From the human T2T-CHM13v2.0 reference genome, Homo sapiens: DNA of 64,000 nt. Shown here piece after piece: positions 50,420 through 64,000 of this stretch. The translations under genes and the position numbers were made by a program. The stretch is from NCBI RefSeq assembly GCF_009914755.1, contig NC_060936.1. One strand, 5' to 3'. The notes under the pieces were generated by a model, which saw nothing but the letters and a program-made list of their open reading frames with translations, was not told the origin of the DNA and ran no database searches. Position 1 is the stretch's first letter. Each line of letters begins with the position of its first letter.

Positions 50420-53248
50420 ATTTTTTAAAAATTTCCATAGGTTACTGGGGTACAGGGAGTATTTGGGTACATAAGTAAGTTCTTTTGTGGTGATTTGTGA
50501 GATTTTGGTGCACCCATCTCCCGAGCAGTGTACACTGCAACCTATTTGTAGCCTTTTATCCTTTGTCCCCCCACCCTTTCCTCCAAGTCCCCAAAGTCCA
50601 TTGTATCATTCTTATGCCTTGTGTCCTCCTGGCTTAGCTCCCACATATCAATGAGCACATATGATGTTTAGTTTTCCATTCCTGAGTTGCTTCACTTAGA
50701 ATAATAGTCTCCAGTCTCATCCACGTCCCTGCAAATGCCATTACTTCATTCATTTTTATGGCTGAGTAGTATTCCATGGTATAAATATATACACCACATT
50801 TTCTTTATCCACTTGTTGATTGACAGGCATTTGGGCTGGTTCCATGACTTTGCAATTATGAATTGTGCTGCTATTAACATGCATGTGCAAGTATCTTTTT
50901 TGTATAATGACTTCTTTTTCTCTGGGTGGATACCCAGTAGTGAGATTGCTGGATCAAATTATAGTTCTACTTTTAGTTCTTTAAGGAATCTTCACACTTT
51001 TCTACATAGTGACTGTACATTCCCACCAGCAGTGTAGAAGTGTTCCCTGATTACCGCATCCATGTCAACATCTATTGTTTTTTGACTTTTTCTTTATGGC
51101 CATTCTTTCAGGAGTAAGGTCGTATCACACTGTGGTTTTGATTTGCATTTCCCTGATCATTAGTGATGCTGAGGATTTTTTTTGATATGTTTGTTGGCCA
51201 TTTGTATATCTTCTTTTGAGAATTGTCTATTCATGTCTTTAGCCCACTTTTTGATGGGATTGTTTGTTCTTTTCTTTTTTGTTTGTTCTTTTCTTACTGA
51301 TTTGTTTGAGTTCGTTGTAGATTCTGGATATTAGTCCTTTGTTGGATGTATAGATTGTGAAGATTTTCTCCCAGTCTCCGGGCTGTTTACTCTACTGACT
51401 GTTCCTTTTGCCATGCAAAAGTTCTTTGGTTTAATTAAGTCCCAGCTCTTTATCTTTGTTTTTATTGCACTTGCTTTTGGGTTCTTGGTCATGAAATCCT
51501 TGCCTAAGCCAATGTCTAGAAGGGTTTTTTCAATGCTATTTTCTAGAATTTTTATGGTTTCAGGTCTTAGGTTTAAGTCTGTAATCCATCTTGAGTTGAT
51601 TTTTGTATAAAGTGAAAGATGGGGATCTAGTTTCATTCTCCTACATGTGGCTAGCCAATTATCCCAGCACCATTTGTTGAAAAGGGTGTTCTTTCCCCAC
51701 TTTATGTTTTTGTTTGCTTTGTTGAAGATCAGTTGACTGTAAGTATTTGGCTTTATTTCTGGGTTCTGTATTCTGTTCCATTGGTCTATGTGCCTGTTTT
51801 TACACCAGTACCCTGCTGTTTTGGTGACTATGACCTTATAATATGTTTTGAAATTAGGTAGTGTGATGCCTCCAGATTTGTTCTTTTTGCTTAGTCTTGC
51901 TTTAACTATGCAGGCTCCTTTTTGGTTTCATATGAATTTTAGAATTGTTTTTCTAATTCTGTGGAGAATGATGATGGTATTTGATGGGTGTTGTGTTGAA
52001 TTTGTAGATTGCTTTTGGCACTATGGTCATTTTGACAATATTGATTCTACCCATCCATGAGCATCGGATGTGTTTCCATTTGTTTGTATCATCTATAATT
52101 TCTTTCAGCAGTGTTTTATAGTTTTTCTTGCAGGGGCCTTTTGCCTCTTTGGTTAGGTATATTTCTAAGTATTTTTTTTTTTTTTTGCAGCTGTTGTAAA
52201 AGAGGTTAAGTTCTTGATTTGGTTCTCCACTTGGTTGCTGTTGGTGTATAGAAGAGCTACTGATTTTTGTACCTTAATCTTATATCTAGAAGCTTTGCCA
52301 AATTCTTCTATCAGTTCTAGGAGCTTTCTGGAGGAATCGTCAGGGTTTTCGAGATAAATGACCATATTATCAGCAAACAGTGACAGCTGACTTCCTCTTT
52401 ACTGATTTGGATGCCCTTTATTTCTTTCTCTTTTCTGATTGCTCTGGCTAGGACTTCCAGTACCATGTTGAAGAGGTGTACTGAGAGTGTGCATCCTTGT
52501 CTTGTTCCAGTTCTCAGAGGGAATGCTTTCAAGTTTTCCTCATTCGGTATTTTGTTGGCTGTGGGTTTGTCATAGATGGCTTTTATTACATTGAGGTATG
52601 TCCCCTGTATGCGGATTTTGCTGAGAGTTTTAATCATAAATCGATGCTGGATTTTGTCAAATGCTTTTTCTGCATCTATTGAGATGATCATGTGATTTTT
52701 GTTTCTAATTCTGTTTATGTGGTGTATCACATTTATTGAATGGCATATGTTAAACCATCCCTGCATCTCTGGTATGAAACCCATTTGATCATGGTTGGAT
52801 TCAGTTAGCTAGTATGTTGTTAAGGATTTTAGCATCTATGTTCTTCAGGGATACAGGTCTGTAGTTTTCTTTTTTGGTTAAGTTCTTTCTTGGTATTGGT
52901 ATTAGGGTGGTGCTGGCTTCACAGAATAAACTAGGAAGGGTTCCCTCTTTCTTTATCCTGTGGAATAGTGTCAAAAGGATTGGTACCAGTTCTTTTTTGA
53001 ATGTCTGGTAGAATTCTTCTGTGAATTCATCTGGACTTTTTTTTGTTGGTAATTTTTTAAATTACCATTTCAATCTTGCTGCTTGTTACTGGTCTTTCAG
53101 GGTATCTTAATTCTTCCTGATTTAAGCTAGGAGGGTTGTATTTTTCTAGGAAGTTATCCATCTCTTCTAGGTTTTCTAGTTTATGTGCATAAAGGTGTTC
53201 ATAGTAGCCTTGAATGATCAGTGGTGTCAGTTGTAATATCTCCTGTTC
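50420..53248 (-). mobile_element. 5'-truncated L1PB-like element (ORF2 RT to 3' UTR)
   Basis: ORF2 fragments 52317-52784 ([11 protein letters not shown]), 51331-51636, 53057-53251. Confidence 0.9.
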
Positions 53249-54390
53249 CAATTACCAGAAATGCAACAGGTGTAAAGGTTAAAACATCTATTAGTAACTG
53301 CCCCTGTCCTAGCTTTACCCTCCTTAGGCAGCCATTCCATCTTTTTGTCAAAGTAAACAAGGAAGTAGCCTTAGGAGTACTTACCCAAAAGCACGGAGGC
53401 CGCCGGCAACCCATAGCCTTCCTATAAAAAATCCTTGACCCAGTAACCTGTGGATGGCCCAAATGCATTCAATCTGTAGCGGCAACTGCTTTGCTTACAG
53501 AAGAAAGTAGAAAAATAACTTTTGGAGGAAACTCCATTGTGAGCACACCTCACCAGGTCGGAACTATCCTAAGTCAGAAGGCAGAAAGGTAGATTACTGA
53601 ATCAAGAATTTTAAAATATGAGGCTATCTTGTTAGAAAAAGTTGATTTAGCCCTAACCACTGATGATTCACTTAACCCTGCTGCCTTCTTAACAGGAAAT
53701 TCAAACCCAGAAAAGAACCTATGCCCCCAGACCAGAAGAACTTGGGCATAAATGTTTAGATAAACTCCCTTTCAAACCAGAAGACACCTTTTTGTAGATG
53801 GTTGTTCTCAAGTAATAAAAGAGAAAAGGCATAACAGGTACTCAGTAGTAGATGGAGACACCCTACCTAATGACTGGTCTGGGCAAACATGTGAGTTGTT
53901 TGCACTAAATCAAGTCTTAAAATTTCTGCAAAACCAGAAAGGGACTATTTATACTGACTCCAAGTATGCCTTTGGAGTAGTCCACACCTTTCAGAAAATT
54001 TGGGCAGAGCGAGGCCTCATTAACAGTAAAGGCCGAAACTTAGTCTATAGAGACTTGATAATCCAAGTACTAGAGAACTTACAGCTGCCAGAAGAGATAG
54101 CAGTTGTTCATGTTCCAGGTCACTAGAAGAATCTTTCCTTCAAGAGCTGAGGGAATAATCTAGCTGACCAAGTAGCCAAACAAGCTGCCTCTTCTCAAGC
54201 AGCATCCATTTCCCACCTAACCCCTTGTCTTCCCCCTCCAGCTGCAGTCCCTATCTTCTCCCACAGAGAGCAAGAAAAGTTAAAAGAAGTAGGAGTCAAA
54301 GAAAGCCACAAGGGAAAATGGGTGCTATCAGACAAGAGCGAAATGCTGTCTAAGCCCATCACGTGAGAGATACTGTCACAGTTGGTTTCA
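53249..54390 (+). mobile_element. Class I ERV pol fragment (tether/RNase H; HERV-I/IP10-like)
   Basis: PFHLFV..ALGVLTQ, LDPVTCGWP, SRILKYEAILLE, FVDG, IYTDSKYAFG, HVPGH, GNNLADQVAKQAA; stops and frameshifts. Confidence 0.85.
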
Positions 54391-55519
54391 TTAATGACCA
54401 GACATTTTGTTAGTGAACACTTCCCAGACTTTACTAGCACTGCTAAGAATTAATCACCCCACTTGCTCCTGGTCTGAAACTCCAAAGTGCTTTGTTTATG
54501 TTACAGTACTTACTGCCTTGTATGTTAGATTAGTGAATGTATATTTGCCTCATCCACTACTGTATGAACTTCTTGCTTGCTAGGACAAGGCTATATTCCT
54601 CAGAACTGAGGAGGTAGTTGAATCATGTGGCTATCTATTCTCAAATCCTCTTCACCAAGTGGAACAAAACAACAGCGAAAGACCACCGCACATGGAGGCA
54701 GGAGGTCTGGATTTGGATTCTAGATCTCTAGATCTATTACTAACTGGAGGTATGGATATAGTCAGGAAAATTGTCTTCCTTAGGTGCTTCCTTGATAGCA
54801 CCTATAAAGATCGAGATCTGTTGGATCTAGATCAGGGGATTCTCAATCATTACTATGCAGAAAATCAACTGGGAGGGTTACTTTGCAATACAGACGCTTA
54901 GTTCCATCTCATGATATTTTTATTTTTTTTTAAATTGGTCAAGTATTTTTCATTAAATAATGTAAACTTTCTTAGTCTACATCTAATAAAACTCCCACCA
55001 GCATACAAATACATTGAATGATATTAGCAGCAGAATCTTTAAATAGAGTAACCATACACAACTATTAGGCCACCTTTTTTCATTGCTTATTATTTCATGC
55101 TATTTGTCACCATTGTCATCATAATCAGCCTCATCCTACATTGTTGAACACCCATCATGGACCATATGGCATAAACATTTTTCCTACTCATAAAGGAGCA
55201 TATGTTCTCTATATGTATATAAAATTAATGTCTGAACAAAGTGGCTTAAACAAGGCAGAAGTTTGTTTCTCCCTCACTTAAATCTATAGTTCTACCTACC
55301 ATGGCTAGTACAGATACCTGCCAAATTCATTAGGGACGCAGGCCCCTTCCAGCTCTCTGTTCTGCTATACTTTAGAAGAGGCTCTAGTTTGGCTGCTAAA
55401 TCCCCACCTATCATTTTTGAATTCCAGGCAGCAGGAAGGAAAAAAGCCAAGAGAGAAAAACAAGGGAACATCTACCCCTCCTTTTAAGTTTTTTAACCAA
55501 CCCCCTTCTTGTTTTTTTT

Positions 55520-57630
<2,111 letters not shown>

Positions 57631-57631
57631 A

Positions 57632-58600
57632 GGGTCAGTCCCCATGGCTGCTGACAAGGGCCAGTGTTGAGTGCCTGCAGCTTTTCCAGGCTCAGGGTGC
57701 AAGCTGTCAGTGGATCTACCATTCTCGGGTCTGGAAGATGGTGGCTGTCTTCTCAGAGCTCCACTAGGCAGTGCCCCAGTGTGGACTCTGTGGGGGCTCC
57801 AACCCCACATTTTCCATCTGCATTGCTGTAGTAGACATTCGCCATGAAGTCTCCACCCCAGCAGACTTCTACTGGACATACAGGCTTTTCCATACATCTT
57901 TAGAGATCCAGGTGAAGGCTTCTGATATGGTTCGGCTCTGTGTCCCCGCCCAAATCTCACCTCAAATTGTACTCCCATAATTCCCACATGTTGTGGGGGG
58001 ACCCAGTGGCGATAACTGAATCATGGGGGCAGTTTTTCCCATGCTGTTCTCGTGGTAGTGAATAAGTCTCACAAGTTCTGATGGTTTGATAAGGGGAAAC
58101 CAGTTTTGCTTGGCTGTCATTCTCTCACTTGCCTGCTGTGATGTAAGACATGCCTTTTGCCTTCTGCCTCCCCCCAACCATGTGGAACTGTAAGTCCAAT
58201 TAAACCTCTTTCTTTTGTAAATTGCCCAGTCTCAGGTATATGTTTATCAGCAGTGCACTCCTGTACTTTGTGCACCTGCAGGTTTAATACCCCATGGAAA
58301 TTGCCAAGGCTTGTGGCTTGCGCCCTCTAAAGCGGTGGCCCAAACTATGTCTGGGGCCCTTTTAGCCATGGCTGGAGCTGGAGTGGCTGAGACCTAGAAT
58401 GCTGTGAGCACTGTCCTGCGCTTGCACTGGGCCCAGCCCACAAAACCATTCTTCCCTCCTAGGCCTCCAGGCCTTTGAGGGGAGGGGCTGCCACCAGCCA
58501 AGGTCTCTGAAATGTCTTTGAGGCCCTTTCTTCATTGTCTTCTATTAGCATTTGCTTTCCTTTTAGTTACCCAAATTTCTGCAGCCTGCTTGAATTTCAG
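57632..58600. mobile_element. MaLR internal fragments (minus) with a THE1-like LTR (57922-58255, plus)
   Basis: TGATATGGTTCGGCTCTGTGTCCCC LTR start; MST/THE1-int-like sequence on both sides. Confidence 0.75.
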
Positions 58601-58959
58601 ACAATACCAGTGGTCTTACAAGTGCTACATGACCCCTATAACACTTCCTGACTTCATTTCTGCAATATATTTTATTTTTTTACATCATGATGAACATTGA
58701 AACTTTTTATATCTATTCACCTTCCATTTGTTTTCAAGTCCAGTTTACCTCCAAAGAATTTTAGAATATAGAGTCTCCATAAGACTCTAGTTTGTCTGGT
58801 TTCTTGCTGTATCCCTTGACTGGGAATGCTTTCTAGTACATATAATACACTCAAAAGTACTTATGAATAAAAAAAGGAATTAATCTTCACATTTTTACTT
58901 CAAAATAGCCTTAACTCTTTGGTTTCCAACTTTGTGTGAGGGTTTTTAGTAGTAGTCTC

Positions 58960-59244
58960 AAAAATCCAATCAAACTGAACAGGGAGTGTCTCCAGAAGGA
59001 AGTTTTTGATTAGGTTCAGTGTCTGTGCAATCAGGGCATGTCTCTTGGAATGTAGTGGTGATTAGGTTTATTAATTTTTTTTCATATATAAGGGGAAGCC
59101 AATCAGAGGATGCATTTTCCCAGAGAAAGAGCATCTGAAGAGTTTAAGACCTTGGGGAAAGAGAGTCTTGCTGCTTGCTTGTGGGACTTGCCTTGGAAGG
59201 TAGATAAGTTCACTGCATCCTCCCACTTTTTATTTCTGGTGAGT
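58960..59244 (+). promoter_or_regulatory. Candidate promoter and non-coding first exon with DUX-type motifs
   Basis: Three 10/11 matches to TAAYBBAATCA, TATATAAG at 59085, donor CTG|GTGAGT at 59238/59239. Confidence 0.45.
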
Positions 59245-59292
59245 TCTCCAAGCACTGAGATGTGAACTGGTCTCATTCCCTTACAATGATAC

Positions 59293-59971
59293 TGTTACCA
59301 GTAGAAGAGATTCCAGTTACTGGCAGCATATCTGCATGGGTCCATAAGAAACTTCAGTCCTTGCCTCCTCAGAAGAAAGAACTCGACTGAAGGGCATACA
59401 GCGGAAAAAGAGACTGAGCGCTAAGTTTCAGAGCAGGAGTGGAAGTTTATTTAAAAAGGCTTTAGAACAGGAAGGAGAGGAAAATTCTCTTGGAAGAGAC
59501 CCAGGCAGATGCCTGAAGGTCCAAGAAAGAAAAGAGAAGAGGCTTTAACCTTGATCCTGCGATGGGTTTGCCACTTTCCCATGATTCTTCCTTTAGGGAG
59601 AGTTTCCGGCATGCACAGTGGTTTCCTTACCCTTTGAAATTGAGCATGCACGGTGTGTTTAGGGAGTTATATCCATGTCCATCTGAAGCTTTCTTTCCTT
59701 TTCCGGTGGAGTGTGCCCCCGGAAGATTATGCTTTGCCATTTTTGTCTCTTAACATGCACGCCCAAGAAGTTGCTTCTTCCTGGGGTCTGCATTTAGTTC
59801 ACATTTTTGATGTTAACAGGTGTAGACCATCAGGAAACGGCCTCTCTCTGATGCTGCCTAATTATCATTTTTAGAGAGGCAATGTGATAACTGACAGGCC
59901 GTCACCTGACATTTCTAGTGGGTAGGGGAAGAGCCCTCTCCTGCCCTGCTCATGCTCTTCTATCTGTAACA
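59293..59971 (-). mobile_element. ERV1 solo LTR (MER50-like)
   Basis: TGTTAC...GTAACA termini; flanks ATAC/AGAC; TTTATT at ~59446. Confidence 0.75.
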
Positions 59972-60946
59972 AGACAAGCCTTGTATATCATTAGACATTT
60001 GTCCCATCAAGGCAGCATCTCATTATTACATTTTATTGTGTGAATTGTTACTTGACATTCTCATATTCTGTGTTCATTATTTGTGTGCCTTTTCCATTTT
60101 TGTTTTGACCATATCTCATTATTTGAACTGCCTCCTCCAAGATTCTAGATCTGCATTGGCCAATATAGTAACTACTAGTCACATGTGACTATAAACTGTA
60201 AATTAATTATAATTAAATAACTAAATGGCATATCCTTAGTAGTAATAGCCAAATTCGTGGCCAAACTAGAAATTCTGTAACTACATATGTGTGGTAGTTA
60301 CTGCATTGGACAATGCAGATATAGAGAATTTCTTTCATCACAGAAAATCGTGTTGGGCATGTTGGCTACCACTTATTTTTAAATTCTATTTGTGTGGTTT
60401 ATAGTTAAATTATATTCTGCTTCTCTATATTCATTTCCTGTCACAGATTTTCTCAAGCAATTTTTAAATTTCATTCATTTACCTTATTGAGGTAAGTACT
60501 TAGATTATTTTTTTAAAATAATGTACAGCAAATAATTTTTCTATGGATACTGTTTTAGCTTTATTGTATTGGTACTTTTACGTACTATATTCAGGTATTA
60601 TTATTTTTCATAACTTACTTTAAAAATTGTGCCAAGTTTATTTAAAATAGATTTCTCCCTTGATTTTCAGATGTTAGATTCTGTCTTCTATTGCTGTATT
60701 TTAATTTAATTTTATTTTATTGTATGTAAATATGTTGCATATTCCTTTTTTTAAAATGTGAGATTTTTCCTCTCTCCTGTTACACAAACTTTGTATGCAG
60801 TGTTCATTATGCACTTTAAAAATAAATATTTTGTTTCAGGGCACGGTGCTTTCACACATAAAACCTTAGAATAATTTTAAATTCCATTCCACTTTCACCA
60901 TTCCTGAACTGCTTTGAATATATTGGATGTTGGAAGCCATGAGAGG

Positions 60947-61046
60947 CTTGCAATCCTGTCAAGATAATAGGATTTTCCATTTATAGTGTAATCTGACTTG
61001 CAATCCCGTCAAGATAACAGGATTTTCCATTTATAGTGTAATCTGA
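60947..61046. repeat. 50-bp tandem duplication
   Basis: CTTGCAATCCYGTCAAGATAAYAGGATTTTCCATTTATAGTGTAATCTGA x2, 2 mismatches. Confidence 0.95.
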
Positions 61047-61493
61047 TATATATTCGTTTTGGTTTCATACTTTAAAAAAATCTATTCTCCTTTACTCTGT
61101 GGTGGTCTTTGCATTTCTATGTGTTCATTGCTAGAATGTCAGCTGCTGTTTCCCTAGCACCTCAGATGTCATTCAACATTGTATAGCACTGGTGTTGAGA
61201 AGTGAGAGAATCTACTAAATAATAGCACTCTTCGAGACTGCAGTTGTGAATTAAAGGAAGGGAAAAGACAGGCAAAAGAATATAGACATCAGCTATTTTT
61301 ACTGAAGATCTGTTGGAGAACATGGTTTTGTTGTCCAGGAACTTGAGACCTAATACTGCATTCCTAATACTTCACTAAGGTGTGTCTAAATAGCCGTGAA
61401 AGGGCTAGGAGGTCACAAGTCGGCCTCTTAATTTTTACAGTTGCCGTTAAAACATTAAGGTAATATTGAGGGTGCAGAATGGCTCCTTCCTCA

Positions 61494-61867
<374 letters not shown>

Positions 61868-63315
61868 TCACCAAATACATAAGTTGTTATTCCTGCTCTG
61901 GTGAAAAGTTTGTCAATACATTTTTTTCCATGAATTAATGAAAATTTTAGACCCATAACATGTTTTTAAAAGTTTCTCCTAAAGATTGCTTGTGTATGTA
62001 TGTGTTTTAAAATATATTTAATCTCTACATCTTGAAATAGTTTTTATAGATTCCACACAAGAGTCCTTTATGAAATAAGTATGCTTTAACTTTCTTATAA
62101 TATTTGTCCCTTTTTGTCCCTGGCACAGTCTGTATATGACCAGGTAATGACTTTTCATTCATGTTTGGGTTATAATTACACACAAATATTCTCTAAAGCC
62201 CAAATCTTATTTTGATATTCGAGGAAGAGCTTACATGGTAATAATATTAAGGGTTACAGCTGGTTTCACCGAAGCTTTGTAGGCCTTCTCTAATATCTTA
62301 TTTTTTTGAAGGAATAGCTGTTCTGCTTGAATTATAGACTACATAATACATGTACTGTCAGGTACATTCATGGAAGGCAGATGGAGTCATATGTTACTGG
62401 AGTCCTGATGAACAGATGTAGAAAATAGTCCAAGGAATAAGAAAAAAGTTGATATTGAAAAGTGCTTGTTGAAGTCTGTAAATGTGCATTAAATGTGGCA
62501 GTAAAAATAGACACAATGATGTTTGGGAATTGGGGTCTAAATTCTGGAGTCCCCAGAATCATAGAGAACCTTGGTTAGGGGAGTAATTTTGTCAAAAAGC
62601 AAGAAGAGGCAGTGACAGGCAGAATATAATTAAAAGTATTGCTGGGTCATTTTCTAATTTTGTAATTTTGTCATATTTTTCAAACTCTGTTGATCATTTA
62701 TTAAATTGGTAAATAAATTATAATCAGCAGGGTTATTATGAGGGTTAAATAAGGAAATATATGTACATCTGTAAGCACAATGTCACAATTAATACAAAGT
62801 TACCCTTTTTATTTTTCCTGGACTTCATGTACAAATGGGTCAGTAAATTTTTTGTTTATGACACATAATTATCACTTGTACATAAAATGTATTTAATTAT
62901 TTTTATATTTTTAGCAGGGAAATAATACATGCATGTTTCCCCCTGTCTCAAACACATACATTCATATAAACATATGCACCTATATACCTACATATCTATG
63001 TACGAATATATACATGGACATCGGTATTTCTCAGCAAATATGTATCATGATAATCAGAGATATTGCAACTAACAAAGACTAATATAAACCACGATTGCAA
63101 GAATTTTAGATACCACGTTAGTAAAATATCAGATTGAGCTGCTAAATTTCTCCCACCCCTACGTCATTTTGTGTTTTCTGAGCATCCTAGAGGATTGTGA
63201 CTGTATGCACAGGACAGAAACACCATGACTCAGGGTACTCCTGCTAATTTCTGATGCAGGAGATTTTAAGGGCTAGATTAGCAGGATGGGAGTGTTGACC
63301 CTCTAAGTGAAATAA

Positions 63316-63642
<327 letters not shown>

Positions 63643-64000
63643 TAAAACAGATTCTTACTTGATTATTTCCAGGTTCCAAGGGGAAATACAAAAGTCAGAG
63701 TTGAGTGAAAATAAAAGTGGAGTAAAGCTTCAGAAGGCTGTGGTGGGTGTTGGAGAAACATTGCTAGGGCATAAAGCTAGGATAATAAAATCTGAGAAAT
63801 CCCAGTGTTTATCTATAGGTGGAAATCATATTCCACATGTGGATGGAGTCAGGGATCCCTGTGTTTTAAAATCAGTGAGGGAATTGAATATCTGGACTTG
63901 TGCCAATTAACATACAAAACTCCGTGCTTTTGATGTTCTCATTCACAAGATATCTGTGTTCCTTCTTTATTAGCAACCATAGTCATAGGCTTCCTAATTT

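Overview
Human (primate) genomic DNA, recognisable as the 12p13 CLEC4A (DCIR) locus. The only intact protein-coding gene is CLEC4A (+ strand, 6 coding exons, 15471-29891, 237 aa; Leu at codon 36). Intron 3 carries an antisense OCT4A-type retrocopy (POU5F1P3). Its single 2-nt deletion splits the frame into a 186-aa N-terminal ORF and a new ATG-initiated 194-aa POU/homeodomain ORF, and its 5' end is fused in frame to an old L1 ORF1 remnant. Downstream is a fragmented GCSH retrocopy interrupted by a MER11 solo LTR and an Alu. Most of the rest is transposon-derived: ~20 Alus, several L1s (including two convergent L1s fused by an apparent deletion), a decayed class III (ERVL-like) provirus the ORF track misses, a class I ERV pol fragment, LTRs and DNA transposons. 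Near 59 kb, a cluster of DUX4-like motifs plus a TATA box and splice donor may be an upstream promoter for the next gene (recalled as ZNF705A; its CDS is not in the window). I cannot demonstrate a genuinely new biological system. The best leads are the split/chimeric OCT4 retrocopy, the DUX4-like promoter and the inverted Alus around CLEC4A exon 3. Repeat subfamily names and comparisons to parent genes are from memory, not database searches; repeat boundaries without TSDs are approximate.
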